From assembly GCA_021371935.1 (NCBI GenBank), contig JAJFVF010000009.1, positions 67,803-131,802 of the forward strand: 64,000 nucleotides of DNA. Reading direction: 5' to 3'. Under the pieces are notes generated by a model. It made no database searches. It was not told where the DNA came from and saw nothing but the letters and a program-made list of their open reading frames with translations. A program made the translations under genes and the position numbers. This document shows positions 9,725-20,298 of this stretch, piece by piece (the first letter of the stretch is position 1; each line of letters starts with the position of its first letter). The DNA is from a bacterium. GTDB taxonomy: Bacteria; Armatimonadota; UBA5829.

Positions 9725-11674
9725 TTATATTGCAGGTAAGCTATACCAACTACTCGGCAAATTATCTGCCGCGGCTGCAGGCTCCTTGATATTCTTAACA
9801 AGGACGACTGTTGTTCCGCGCGGACTGGTTTTTAGGAGTATGTGATCTGAGGTTTCAAGCATAATCGAATAGCCAAGGCCCAGGGACGGTTTGGTTGAGA
9901 ACCCCCTAAGAAGTGTTGCACGGGGGATGATTAGGGATTCGATCCCAGGTCCTTTGTCGGCCACCGCCACCCATGCCGAATCGTCCTTGACTCCCGCATA
10001 AACTCGGCCATTGTTGCCATGCTTTATGGCATTAGTGATGGCTTCTCCAACGGCAATAACGAATGCAGCCAATCTCTCTTCTTCCATATCCTGCCGTGCA
10101 AGGAATTCCTTAACCATGTGTCTTGCTCTGCTTGCGTCAGAAGTATCGGATACATCGGTAGTGGTTATTGCGTTCAATAGATATGGTCTTATGTGAGTTG
10201 AATCGCAGATATCCAGCTTTCCTTGCGTAACACTCAGAATGGTTTCGCGATAAAAATGCCGTTTTTGGGTTTCGAATCCTCTTTCGAGCTGCCTGCGATT
10301 ATATTCCTCTTCCCTGCGCTGCCTTTCGACTTGATGACGTTGCAAAAGTTTCCACATTCCATCCATCAAAAGAGTCAGTTGACGAATATCCGATTCATCA
10401 TAGGCTTCATCTTTGTTGCCGACTCCTGCGACTGCGACTATTTTTTCACCATCGAAGACAGGCACGTTCATATGGCTTTTAACTGTAATATGACCTTCAG
10501 GCAGTCCTTTTTTGTATGGATTGGGAGCCGAGTAGTCGTTCGTGATGATGGCTTTCCGCTGCCTTATTGCCTCACCCCATAGCCCGGTGTGCTCTACCGG
10601 GTATACGGTAGGCTTATCCGGGATATTGCACTGCTCGCGTGCTGATTGCGACCAGGCAAACATATTCAGCACTGTCTCGTCTTCGTTTGCAAAAGCCAGA
10701 TAGCCGATTTTGCTTTTTGTCAGGTTGATTGCTTCCTGGAGTGCGAAATCACATATTTCCTGCAGGGTTGCATCTGTCATTTGGCTGAGTTCGAGCAGGG
10801 TCTGAAGTCGAGCCTCGTTCAGGCGCAGCGTTTCTTCATCTCGCCTGCGTTGTGTGATATCCAGTTCCGTGCCAATTATTGCTGGTTTCCCTTGATAGAG
10901 TGTGTAAGAACCGTGGACTTCTATGTCTATTAGTGTGCCGTCTTTACGCATTCCTTTAACCATATAGCGCACGCTTTTTATCTCGCCGGATATTCTTCTT
11001 GTGATATAATCACTGACCACATCGCGATCCTCAGGGGCTACAAGGTCCTGCGCGTTCATCCCGATGAGTTCGTGTTGCGTAAAACCATGGATCTCGGCAA
11101 AACGAGGGTTTGCATATACAAATTTGCTGTCCTGAATAAGATATACACCAACCAAAGATTCCTCGATCAAAGTCCTGTATTTGGTTTCAGCTTCTTGAAG
11201 GGCTTCTCTGTTATGGACTTGTCCGGTTACGTCTGTAATAGTCAGCATTACTTCTTTTATGTTTCCTGTTTTCGGGTCTCTGATCGGAACGGCATCTTCC
11301 ATAAGCCAACGCCGTGGACCATGTTTGCTGGAGTATATTCCGAATATCACATTATGCTGAGGAATTCCTGTTTGCAATACCAATGCTGAGGGAAATTCGT
11401 CAGACGGCAGAGGTGAACCGTCTGCTTTTACAGTCCGCCATATGATGTCATCAGATCTGCGTCCGATCATCTCCTCGCAGGTGAGACCAAAAATTTCACA
11501 TGCGGCATTGTTGACGTAAGTAATCCTGCCGCTGGGGTCTTTTACCATTATTCCCGCGGAGATTGCCTGATACCGTGCGATCAGATTATCATACGATTGG
11601 TCGCTTGAACTATTAGGCTTACAATACTCATCTGCCTGATCGTTCATCATGCCCTCCACCAGCCATACTGACAT
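9725..11674 (-). CDS. Cytoplasmic PAS-PAS-GAF sensor fused to an RsbW/SpoIIAB-like HATPase (anti-sigma Ser kinase-like) domain.
   Basis: Two PAS-like blocks and a GAF-like middle region; the C-terminus VGEAITNAIKHG...GPGI...GLGYSIM is a HATPase_c-type ATP lid; no HisKA H-box. Confidence 0.55.
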   Translation of the reverse strand: MSVWLVEGMMNDQADEYCKPNSSSDQSYDNLIARYQAISAGIMVKDPSGRITYVNNAACEIFGLTCEEMIGRRSDDIIWRTVKADGSPLPSDEFPSALVLQTGIPQHNVIFGIYSSKHGPRRWLMEDAVPIRDPKTGNIKEVMLTITDVTGQVHNREALQEAETKYRTLIEESLVGVYLIQDSKFVYANPRFAEIHGFTQHELIGMNAQDLVAPEDRDVVSDYITRRISGEIKSVRYMVKGMRKDGTLIDIEVHGSYTLYQGKPAIIGTELDITQRRRDEETLRLNEARLQTLLELSQMTDATLQEICDFALQEAINLTKSKIGYLAFANEDETVLNMFAWSQSAREQCNIPDKPTVYPVEHTGLWGEAIRQRKAIITNDYSAPNPYKKGLPEGHITVKSHMNVPVFDGEKIVAVAGVGNKDEAYDESDIRQLTLLMDGMWKLLQRHQVERQRREEEYNRRQLERGFETQKRHFYRETILSVTQGKLDICDSTHIRPYLLNAITTTDVSDTSDASRARHMVKEFLARQDMEEERLAAFVIAVGEAITNAIKHGNNGRVYAGVKDDSAWVAVADKGPGIESLIIPRATLLRGFSTKPSLGLGYSIMLETSDHILLKTSPRGTTVVLVKNIKEPAAAADNLPSSWYSLPAI

Positions 11675-11744
11675 TCTCTGGTAGTATACCGCTATGAAGG
11701 GAAGATTTATCCATGGCTATATTATGGCTCGGTTTGATCGCCAA

Positions 11745-13247
11745 TCATCTCGGGAGAGATGCCACAGATTGCTGCTGCACTCCAATAGTAGCCGACTTAC
11801 TCATCAGATAACCGCGCAAGATGTCTCTCGTGCTCAAGTCAGTCTTGGTGATTTGTGCGCCTGAAAGCGCTGGGGATACAAAGGCATAATAGTCTTCGCT
11901 TGCGACGGTATAGATTGATGCAGCGTCCAATTTCTTATCGCCGACATAGAGCTGACCATCGCGCATCTCAGTCCCGACTACAGCAGCATTCGGCTGCAAC
12001 ATGAGTTTACTTATCTGAGCACCCTTTGCCTTTACAACCACGACTTTGTTATTCCAAGGGACCATTTTTCGTAAATCCAGTTCAGTGACTGGTCCAGCAT
12101 TCAGGCCGCTTTCGACACCGTCGTATGGCCGGAAACCTATGTCCGACTTTGTTGCATCTCGCAGCCTTTCGGCAATCCATGCCGGTGCATTTGATAAAGT
12201 GATATCCTTATCAAGTGTATCGAGTTCGACCATATACGGCTTTGTGTAGTTGTCGATTATGGTCTCAACGTCTTGAGCAGGCAGAATTGATGAGTCTATA
12301 TCGATTATTTGATCTTTATAACTCATTACCAGGTAGCGCCCATTGTTTGCCTTGTGCAGATATAGGTCCAGCTTCCCAAGGGCTTTTCCCCATTCTCCAT
12401 CCTGGCAGACTATTGTCCCACCTATCCAGCAGGCTGCCGGGCCTGTGTCATCATTTCTTACCAGAGTAGGTTTATCCAGCCATGTGTGCGAATCGCCTCC
12501 AATTATGACGTCTATTCCGGGCACAGAGCTTGCCAGCGCAAGATCAGAATTATAACCGATATGGGTCAACGCTATAATGAAGTCGCATTTGTCGGATAAC
12601 TCGGCAACCATTTTTTTTGCTGTGACTATTGGGTCGTTAAGCTGTAGATCCACAGCCTGCGCATAGCTGGCGACCCTTGGAGCAGTGAGACCAAACACAC
12701 CTATTCTTATCCCTTCCACTTCAAAGATATGATAAGGCGTCACCAGCGTGGTGCCTGTCGATTTCTCAATCACGTTTGCTGATATTATGTTAAACCTGGC
12801 CTGCTTGATTCGATCACGCAGTATTTCAAGCCCGAGAGGACTGGGGTTGTTGAGATAGCTGTCTCCCTTAAACTCATTGTTGCCGAGGGTCATTATGTCA
12901 TACGGCACAGCGTTCATAACATCAAAATCAGGCTTGCCTTCAAGGTCCTGCAATGGACCGCGAGTAAACACATCTCCCGCATCCATTACAATAACCGGAT
13001 TTGTGGTTTTGCATTTAATTTCTCTGATCAGCGTTGCTCTTCGTGCAGCTCCGCCAACGTTGGTTTCAGCTTTTCCGAGGCAGTTGTAGTCAAACGGGAA
13101 GAGGTGGCCGTGTATATCGTTTGTGTATAGCACAGTCAGTGCAAGGTAATTGGGCTGGTCTGCATGCAGTGCAGGCAGTTGGACAAAAAGTGAGACAACA
13201 ACAAAAAGCAGAGTGAGAATTCGAGCGCGTTTTTGCAGATTGAGCAT
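11745..13247 (-). CDS. Secreted bifunctional metallophosphatase / 5'-nucleotidase (UshA/YfkN-like).
   Basis: Signal peptide; calcineurin-like motifs TNDIHG, GNNEF, GGDSHT; a 5'-nucleotidase C-terminal domain. Confidence 0.75.
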   Translation of the reverse strand: MLNLQKRARILTLLFVVVSLFVQLPALHADQPNYLALTVLYTNDIHGHLFPFDYNCLGKAETNVGGAARRATLIREIKCKTTNPVIVMDAGDVFTRGPLQDLEGKPDFDVMNAVPYDIMTLGNNEFKGDSYLNNPSPLGLEILRDRIKQARFNIISANVIEKSTGTTLVTPYHIFEVEGIRIGVFGLTAPRVASYAQAVDLQLNDPIVTAKKMVAELSDKCDFIIALTHIGYNSDLALASSVPGIDVIIGGDSHTWLDKPTLVRNDDTGPAACWIGGTIVCQDGEWGKALGKLDLYLHKANNGRYLVMSYKDQIIDIDSSILPAQDVETIIDNYTKPYMVELDTLDKDITLSNAPAWIAERLRDATKSDIGFRPYDGVESGLNAGPVTELDLRKMVPWNNKVVVVKAKGAQISKLMLQPNAAVVGTEMRDGQLYVGDKKLDAASIYTVASEDYYAFVSPALSGAQITKTDLSTRDILRGYLMSKSATIGVQQQSVASLPR

Positions 13248-13374
13248 ATGCCACCTCGGTTTGTAATCTGCGGAATTATATCACATTTAGTGTCGTTTTA
13301 GGGAGGATAGGGTAACCAAATTATGTCGGGCGAATCCGTCCCGTCAAGATTAATGTTGGGCGAGGGTAAAGGCA

Positions 13375-13752
13375 ATGGAGTATTATCCTGACTTTCCCGA
13401 AGAGGAACAAGGCGGCCTGGTCAGACTGAGCCGTGTTACATATCAATTGGCAGACGGCCAGCCCGACGCAATGGGTTGGCGAGTATTGGATGCCGATGGC
13501 GTGGAGTTCGGCACTGTGTCGGATCTTCTTGCCGATGTCGGCACTGGCCAGATCATATTTGCCGCGGTGACCAGCCATGCATCGGGTAAGACTGCTCTGA
13601 TCCCTGTCGAGGGAATGTATTTGGACCTGACGGCAGGGGCTGTGGTCGTGCCGGTAAGCCAGTCTGCGGTGAGCGAATGCCCGGAGTTTACGGACGAAGT
13701 TGTGGATGTGATGCCTTTTGTGGAGTATTGGCTGCGCAGAATAGCTGCATAA
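13375..13752 (+). CDS. PRC-barrel domain protein.
   Basis: GWRVLDADGVEFGTVSDLLADVGTGQIIFAAV...GKTALIPVEGMYLDL pattern. The overlapping minus-strand ORF 13321-13815 looks random. Confidence 0.5.
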   Translation: MEYYPDFPEEEQGGLVRLSRVTYQLADGQPDAMGWRVLDADGVEFGTVSDLLADVGTGQIIFAAVTSHASGKTALIPVEGMYLDLTAGAVVVPVSQSAVSECPEFTDEVVDVMPFVEYWLRRIAA

Positions 13753-13820
13753 TTTGCGACACAAACAGGTCGGCAGCGAACCAGAAAGTGCCGGAACAGG
13801 GGCGAGTTCCGGCACTTTTA

Positions 13821-15473
13821 TTATTCATTTTCAACTCTCAGGCGTTCCGCTTCACGATATTCCTCAACCGCTTTTTCCATCCGTCCCAGACGTTGTAGAA
13901 TTTCTCCAAGTTCATCGTGCGCGTCAGCATCATTCGGATTCATGCGAAGTCCTTCGCGATAGGCTTGGTCGGCAAGCTCCAGCTTCTCGAGTCTGGAATA
14001 GCAGTATCCCAGATTGAAGTAGACAGTATCTTCCTCCGGGTTAATTTTCAGTGCTTTTTTATAAAGCGCAATTGCTTCTTCATACTTCTCTTGATCGCGA
14101 ACTACATTTGCGAGGTTGTAATAAGGCCACCAGTTCTCAGGCTTGATACGTGCCGCCTCGCGATATTCGGCTGCTGCCTCATCGAGCTTGCGCAGTTTTT
14201 CATATGCCCAGGCAAGTCTATAATGAGCGCCATAATCATTGGGGTTAAGGCGAATAGCTTCTTTGAATACCTGTGCGCATTCTTCATGACGGTCAGTGTC
14301 TTCGAGCACCAAACCAAGCTGATAATACATATCCGGGTCTTGAGGTTCAAGGCGAATTGCCTCGCGTGATTCGGCTTCTGCTTCGCCAAGTCTGTTCAAT
14401 TCTTGCAGTGTTTGTGCTAAGAAGTAGTGTGAATCGGCGCATTCTGCATTGAGGCTGATAGAATGAAGATATGCTTCTATTGCCTCTTCTTTTTTTTCGC
14501 AATGTTCGAGTGAAAAACCGAGGCTGTTCCAAAGCATATACTCATCTTCTTCAGGCTTGAGGCGAATTGCCTCACGATAAGCCGAAACAGCCTCTTTATG
14601 CCGACCGAGTTCATCGAGCGCGTCGCCCAACCTCCAGTGAGTATCAGAGTTCTCAGGCGCAAGAGAGAGAGCTTTGTTATAGGCTTCAACAGCTTGTTCA
14701 TATTGTCTAGACTCCATAAACGCATAACCCAGCCAGTCCCAATTATCTGCATCATCCGGGTCAAGTCGGACAGCTTCCTGAAATTCCTTCTCCGCATCAT
14801 CCAGGCGTTCCAGTTTCGAGTAAATATGCCCAAGATTATAATGTGCATCCGCATATTCCTGATCAATACGCAGAGCTTTTTTAAGCGCGTCAATTGCCTC
14901 ATCATATCTTTCAAGGTCATCAAGGGTATAACCAAGCTGGAGCCAATAATCCGGTTTTTCCGGATTGAGCTGAATTGCCTTTCGCGATTCAGATTCTGCT
15001 TCGTCAAGGCGTTTTATCTTTAGAAACAGATATGCAAGGTTAAAATGAACGCTCGCATAGTCCGGTTTGATCTTCAAAGCTTCATGATATGCCTGAATTG
15101 CTTCATCGTATTTCTCAGCATCTTCTAGGGCGATTCCAAGATCATTCCATAACGTTTCACCATTATTGGCACCAAGACGAATGGCTTCTTTATAGGCAGC
15201 AACAGCTTCTTCGTGCCGACACTGCCATTCTAAAACGTATCCGAGACCCTGGTGCAGACGCGCATTGCCGGGGTCAATAGACAGTGCCTTTCGATATATA
15301 GCTTCAGCTTCCTCATCTCTGTCTGCCAGGTACAGTGCATAACCGAGGCTGTCCAATATCTGGACGTCATCGGGTCTTAATGCTACAGCGGCTTGAAGCT
15401 CGCCTATCACATTGTCAAGGTTGCCGTTTTCATTAAGTTGTCTGTCCAACTCATCGTGGCTGATATTCTTCAT
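13821..15473 (-). CDS. Tetratricopeptide-repeat (TPR) protein with about 15 repeats.
   Basis: Regular 34 aa repeats of the form ...A...Y..AL.L.P..A......G.... Confidence 0.8.
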   Translation of the reverse strand: MKNISHDELDRQLNENGNLDNVIGELQAAVALRPDDVQILDSLGYALYLADRDEEAEAIYRKALSIDPGNARLHQGLGYVLEWQCRHEEAVAAYKEAIRLGANNGETLWNDLGIALEDAEKYDEAIQAYHEALKIKPDYASVHFNLAYLFLKIKRLDEAESESRKAIQLNPEKPDYWLQLGYTLDDLERYDEAIDALKKALRIDQEYADAHYNLGHIYSKLERLDDAEKEFQEAVRLDPDDADNWDWLGYAFMESRQYEQAVEAYNKALSLAPENSDTHWRLGDALDELGRHKEAVSAYREAIRLKPEEDEYMLWNSLGFSLEHCEKKEEAIEAYLHSISLNAECADSHYFLAQTLQELNRLGEAEAESREAIRLEPQDPDMYYQLGLVLEDTDRHEECAQVFKEAIRLNPNDYGAHYRLAWAYEKLRKLDEAAAEYREAARIKPENWWPYYNLANVVRDQEKYEEAIALYKKALKINPEEDTVYFNLGYCYSRLEKLELADQAYREGLRMNPNDADAHDELGEILQRLGRMEKAVEEYREAERLRVENE

Positions 15474-15529
15474 CGTCTTGTTTTCCTGCTTAGTAGTCTA
15501 TTCAATATAGACTGCCGTGCAGCAAATAC

Positions 15530-17890
15530 TCAGCGTATGGCCCCAAATTTTCTCAATCTCAAGGCATTGCTGACCACAGACAGCGAACTCGCAGCCATAG
15601 CGACAGACGCTATCATCGGGTTGAGCATAACGCCGAGGGCTGGGTAGAGCACACCAGCCGCTATAGGTATGCCGAGAGTGTTATAAATAAACGCGAAGAA
15701 CAGGTTCTGCTTGATATTCGACATCGTAGCTCGTGAGAGTTCTATCGCTGTTGCAACACCGTTCAGATCACCGCTGATAAGCGTAATATCGGAGGACTCT
15801 ATCGCGATATCAGTCCCGCTGCCAATTGCAATACCGAGGTCGGCCTGAGCCAGAGCGGGCGAGTCGTTTATCCCATCTCCGACCATCGCGACAGTTCCTC
15901 CCCGCTGCTGAATAGTCTTTACTGCCGCTGCTTTATCGCCAGGCAAGACTTCAGCCATCACATCATCTATGCCGACCTCCGATGCGACAGCATTCGCTGT
16001 CTGCCGGTTATCTCCGGTAATCATCACTACCTTCAGCCCCAGCCGCTTCAATCGCACGATAGCCGATTTTGATTCAGGCTTCACTGTATCGGCCACTGCA
16101 ATCAGGCCAGAGCACACTCCGTCTATGGCAACATATATAACCGTTTTGCCAAGTGAACTAAGTTCATCAGCCGATTTATCCAGCATTGAAGTGTCAATAT
16201 GGTTCTCATTCATCAGCTTTCCAGTGCCAATCAGTATATTCTTTGAGTCTATAATCGCGCTGATACCTCCTCCTGGGAAGGCCTCGAATCGGGTGGGAGA
16301 AGATGTCTGCAAATTCTCTGATTGAGCACATTTGACGATCGCTCCGGCAGTAGGGTGCTCACTGCCCTTCTCGGCTGATGCGGCAATCGCCAGCAGTTGA
16401 TCCCGATTAAAGTCTCCAAATGCAGCGACATCTGTAAGTGACGGCTCTCCGCGTGTGATTGTGCCGGTTTTGTCAAGAACGACGGTTGTGAGCTTTCTCG
16501 CCGTTTCGAGAGCCTGGGCACTGCGAATGAGTATTCCATTCTCTGCACCCTTGCCTGTCCCGACAGCCACAGCCGTAGGCGTAGCCAGCCCAAGTGCGCA
16601 TGGGCATGCGATGATCAACACGGACACAAACGATATCAATGCAAATGTAATCGATGGCGCGGGTCCGAATATAAACCAGACAACAAACGCCGCAATCGCA
16701 ATGCAGATGACAACAGGAACAAATATCCCCGCCACAATATCGGCGAGTTTTTGTATTGGAGCCTTGGTCGCCTGAGCCTGCCGCACCATTTTGACTATCT
16801 GCGCCAGCATTGTCTCTTTACCGATCTTTGTCGCCTCGAATGTGAAGCTGCCGGTCTTGTTGATTGTAGCGCCGATAACTTCGTCGCCTCTCTGTTTATC
16901 GACAGGCACGCTTTCGCCTGTAATCATAGACTCATCAATTGTAGACGAGCCGTCGGTTATCACACCATCCACTGGTATCTTCTCGCCGGGGCGCACGATT
17001 ATCTTTTCGCCCACACGCACATCTTCAATGGGTATGTCGATCTCGTCACCGTCACGTATGACCCGCGCAGTCTTTGCCTGCAGACTCATGAGTTTTCGGA
17101 TTGCATCTGATGTATGGCTTCGTGCACGTGCTTCAAGGAATTTGCCTGTGAGGATCAGGGTTATGATGACCGCCACAGTCTCGTAATACACATGTGGTTG
17201 GACACCATATTTGACAAAAAGACCCGGTGCAAATGCTGCAAATGTGCTGTATATGTATGCCGCGAAAGTGCCGACTGCTATAAGCACGTTCATATCGCTT
17301 GCACGGTTGACTATCGCGCCGACAGCGCTCTTGTATATCCTCCCTCCTGCGTAAAATAGCACAATGGATGTAAGGACGAACTGGACATATACCAAAATCG
17401 CCGGGGGCATGACAATCTTCATGCCGAAGAATACAGGCAGCACCATAGATATTATAAGGACAGGTGTGGCAAGCGCAGTCGACACGATAAGCCTGGCGCG
17501 CGCATCTTTGACCTCAGTCTCCATATCCGGCGTGTGCTGCTCTGTCATTCCCTGTTCTTCGGCAACAGGTGTGGCAGTATACCCGAGTTTATCGACTCTA
17601 GAGGAAATATCATCTGTTGTGAGCACACGCGGGTCATATGTGACTGTCGCCTTCGCTGATTCAAAATTGGTGCTCACTTCAGAGACACCTTCAGTGCGCG
17701 AGAGCACCTTCTGAATTGAGAGCATACAGCTCGGGCAGTGTATGCCTGTGATGGCGAAGTCAGACTCGACACTCTCCTGCATCTCTTCATCAGGCTGCAC
17801 TGGTCCTTTCTTGCTTCCGAAGAAGAACCAGAGCACAAATATTATGAGCGCCGCTCCTGCGGTAAGCGCGGCATAATCGGCTGCAGACAT
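15530..17890 (-). CDS. copA: Copper-translocating P1B-type ATPase.
   Basis: N-terminal HMA domain with CPSC; CPC motif in TM6 ([11 protein letters not shown]); DKTGTIT phosphorylation site; [10 protein letters not shown]. Confidence 0.85.
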   Translation of the reverse strand: MSAADYAALTAGAALIIFVLWFFFGSKKGPVQPDEEMQESVESDFAITGIHCPSCMLSIQKVLSRTEGVSEVSTNFESAKATVTYDPRVLTTDDISSRVDKLGYTATPVAEEQGMTEQHTPDMETEVKDARARLIVSTALATPVLIISMVLPVFFGMKIVMPPAILVYVQFVLTSIVLFYAGGRIYKSAVGAIVNRASDMNVLIAVGTFAAYIYSTFAAFAPGLFVKYGVQPHVYYETVAVIITLILTGKFLEARARSHTSDAIRKLMSLQAKTARVIRDGDEIDIPIEDVRVGEKIIVRPGEKIPVDGVITDGSSTIDESMITGESVPVDKQRGDEVIGATINKTGSFTFEATKIGKETMLAQIVKMVRQAQATKAPIQKLADIVAGIFVPVVICIAIAAFVVWFIFGPAPSITFALISFVSVLIIACPCALGLATPTAVAVGTGKGAENGILIRSAQALETARKLTTVVLDKTGTITRGEPSLTDVAAFGDFNRDQLLAIAASAEKGSEHPTAGAIVKCAQSENLQTSSPTRFEAFPGGGISAIIDSKNILIGTGKLMNENHIDTSMLDKSADELSSLGKTVIYVAIDGVCSGLIAVADTVKPESKSAIVRLKRLGLKVVMITGDNRQTANAVASEVGIDDVMAEVLPGDKAAAVKTIQQRGGTVAMVGDGINDSPALAQADLGIAIGSGTDIAIESSDITLISGDLNGVATAIELSRATMSNIKQNLFFAFIYNTLGIPIAAGVLYPALGVMLNPMIASVAMAASSLSVVSNALRLRKFGAIR

Positions 17891-17910
17891 AGTTAGTCAC
17901 CTCTGCCGTT

Positions 17911-17939
17911 ATCATACCCACAAATGATGCGTCGGGCAA
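17911..17939 (-). promoter_or_regulatory. Putative sigma70-like promoter for copA. Read on the minus strand it is TTGCCC-N17-TATGAT, followed by a GAGGTG RBS.
   Basis: Seen in sequence. An inverted repeat TTCCATC-N9-GATGGAA at 17944-17966 lies just upstream of the -35. Confidence 0.35.
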
Positions 17940-17970
17940 GGGATTCCATCCGAAAAATTGATGGAATATA

Positions 17971-18004
17971 GAGACCGCATCAAATGTACTTATGGAGCGG
18001 TCTC
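17971..18004. terminator. Hairpin (gagaccgc ... gcggtctc) immediately downstream of the stop of the 18012-19463 gene.
   Basis: Seen in sequence; T-rich flank on the plus strand, and a UAUAUUCCAUCAAUUUUU tract on the minus strand. Confidence 0.4.
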
Positions 18005-18011
18005 TCATTTT

Positions 18012-19463
18012 CTATTGGATGTGCCGACCCCACACTATATCGTCGGGTTCGTCTTTGTTTGGGTTTTCTTTGGATAGACCACCATCATCTTTGAGGTTTC
18101 GACCTATGCTGTAGAGCATAAATGTATTGCCCATGCGCTTATATACGAAATTCTTCCCGCTGAATGGGTCCGTTGCGAATGTCTTGTGAAGCTGTGTCAG
18201 GCTTTCGGGGTATGACCCGAATTCGCTTCGGTAGGTTTCGAGAGCAAGCGCAGTTTTTGCTATTCCAATTCGCGCGTCTGCTGTGTCTCTGACCGCTACA
18301 ACACCGGTACACATAGGAAAGAAGATTCGGGTTAACAAAGCATAACGTGGAAGCCTATTGATAATATCGAGACTATGATACTTGCCGACACCTATTCTAT
18401 ACGGCTGTTCGATAAGTTCCATTTGTTTTTTCCACATATCGAGGCACACTATCTGGTCCTTGTATGATAGCGGTCGCCATAGATAAACAACGATTGCAAT
18501 CCCCGCTTTTTTCAGTCCGCTTTTTCTATACATATTCTCATTAAGGTAAATCATATCCCAGAATCTTGCTGTGTCATATCTCATCATGTCAAACGTTGTG
18601 TTTGTTATTGCGCTCTCACCATTCAGTGCATTGGTGAAAGACGGATCAAGCTCGATTCGGCTCAATTCGCGTGTAATCCGCAAAGCCTGCTCGACTGTGA
18701 ATGTGTGGGTCTTTGTTATTTCGGCAAGCCCGTCTGTTGCTATTTGCAAGCAAGCATATGAAACGAGTGCGCCTATCGTTATCGGCTCATCTTTAGTGGC
18801 TTGAGAGACTCGCAGTGCAAGAATGATATCTCTGGTTGCTGCATTCATATCGCCCTTTATCGCATCGACCTGCGCTTTCGCAACGCACATTCTCGTGAAA
18901 TTTCGGATGTTCCCAAGCTGTGGGAATAATGCGCCCGCGCCCTGTTCCCATTTTATGGTAGTGAATCTACATTCAGGTTTTGAAGCAGCTTCTATTAGAA
19001 TAGAAAGGAGACCTGCCCTGCGACTCAGCGCATCTTCCACTGCGGGCAGCATTTTCTGACGTTCAACTGAGCCAGGCATAGACTTTGTAAAATCATCGAA
19101 CAAACCACAGTCATGGCTCCAATCGTCATGGGACCTGTAATAGTCGCCATTGTTACCCACCAACCTCATTGCTTTTTCGTATAAAAGGCCGCCGTTCTTG
19201 CTTGTCGGCAGATTTTTGGGCGCAAGTTCGGCTGAATAAACAGGTATTCCTGATGCTCTCAACTCATCCAGGCGCCTGGCAAGCTGCCGTCCCCAAACAA
19301 TCATCAGGATCGTATGGACAATCATGACAGCGATTATTAGTACACCCACCACTTTGCAGGTCTTGATAAAAGCACTGCCAAGCCGCCTGGTAAGCCGTTT
19401 ATTAGTCACTAAGTCGGCAATTCTTTTACCTAACGCGCGGAATGTCGGAAACTGATCTTTCAT
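18012..19463 (-). CDS. Hypothetical membrane-anchored protein with one N-terminal TM helix and a large extracytoplasmic domain.
   Basis: 483 aa ORF with a hydrophobic segment VVGVLIIAVMIVHTILMIVWG; no recognisable family. Confidence 0.45.
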   Translation of the reverse strand: MKDQFPTFRALGKRIADLVTNKRLTRRLGSAFIKTCKVVGVLIIAVMIVHTILMIVWGRQLARRLDELRASGIPVYSAELAPKNLPTSKNGGLLYEKAMRLVGNNGDYYRSHDDWSHDCGLFDDFTKSMPGSVERQKMLPAVEDALSRRAGLLSILIEAASKPECRFTTIKWEQGAGALFPQLGNIRNFTRMCVAKAQVDAIKGDMNAATRDIILALRVSQATKDEPITIGALVSYACLQIATDGLAEITKTHTFTVEQALRITRELSRIELDPSFTNALNGESAITNTTFDMMRYDTARFWDMIYLNENMYRKSGLKKAGIAIVVYLWRPLSYKDQIVCLDMWKKQMELIEQPYRIGVGKYHSLDIINRLPRYALLTRIFFPMCTGVVAVRDTADARIGIAKTALALETYRSEFGSYPESLTQLHKTFATDPFSGKNFVYKRMGNTFMLYSIGRNLKDDGGLSKENPNKDEPDDIVWGRHIQ

Positions 19464-19517
19464 AAGTCTGCCTCGCTTTTTTGTTCACCCTCATTTACAT
19501 AGACGCTGGAATGCGCA

Positions 19518-20249
19518 ATGTTTTTGTGTAGAGGTGTTGGGGCAAATGCCGTTGAATGCTCTATTATGAGCAGTATGATTCTTATCCCGTCAGGCCCGTT
19601 TGTCATGGGTCTGAGCAAGCACGAGGTCAAGAGAATATGCAGGCGATTTGATATACAGCCGGCGACTCTTGCGGATACAATGCCTCAGAGGATGATTGAA
19701 CTGCCCGACTTTTATATGGACAAATACCCTGTTACAAATGCCGAATTCTATGCTTATGTAATAGAGGCGAACGCCGGGTGGATATATAACATAGACAACC
19801 CTGTGCCAAAGGACTCTGAGAGCCTTCCGGCAGTGAATGTGACATATGATATGGCCGAGAGCTATGCCGCATGGGCAGGAAAACGTCTGCCGACTGAGCA
19901 GGAATGGGAAAAAGCCGCGCGAGGCAAGCCCGCAATGCTCTTTCCCTGGGGAGGAGTGTGGGAATCTGACCGTTTATCATGCAGTGTCTTCAGTCAAGGC
20001 AGCTTAAGTTCTGTAGGTCTACACCCGATGGGTTCCAGCCCATACGGGGTAATGGATATGGCTGGCAACGTCTGGGAGTGGACATCTACGAGCATGGATA
20101 AGGCAATGGTGATAAAAGGTGGATCATTCAGGCAGAGCAGACCGTATCAATTCATGTGTTCATTCAAAGAGTTTGAAGCCGGAAACAGTGCACGGGATGA
20201 TATAGGGTTCAGGTGTGTAATGGACATGCCCTTCTCACCCGACACCTAA
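19518..20249 (+). CDS. Formylglycine-generating-enzyme (FGE)/sulfatase-modifying-factor domain protein (SUMF1/EgtB/PvdO-like fold).
   Basis: MILIPSGPFVMG..., YPVTNAEF, NVWEWTS, GGSFR and GFRCV motifs. The start may instead be the internal ATG at 19566. Confidence 0.65.
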   Translation: MFLCRGVGANAVECSIMSSMILIPSGPFVMGLSKHEVKRICRRFDIQPATLADTMPQRMIELPDFYMDKYPVTNAEFYAYVIEANAGWIYNIDNPVPKDSESLPAVNVTYDMAESYAAWAGKRLPTEQEWEKAARGKPAMLFPWGGVWESDRLSCSVFSQGSLSSVGLHPMGSSPYGVMDMAGNVWEWTSTSMDKAMVIKGGSFRQSRPYQFMCSFKEFEAGNSARDDIGFRCVMDMPFSPDT

Positions 20250-20298
20250 CACCCACCACCTGCTATGGTGCTATAATGTGATCGAGGAGTTGATCGAC

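Noticed and set aside
13321-13815. 164 aa minus-strand ORF overlapping the PRC-barrel gene.
   Set aside because: Its translation is low-complexity and random-looking, whereas the plus-strand ORF has a clear PRC-barrel pattern.
14477-15023. 176 aa and 141 aa ORFs on both strands inside the TPR gene.
   Set aside because: They are alternative-frame artefacts of a highly repetitive TPR coding region. The TPR frame is continuous for 550 aa.
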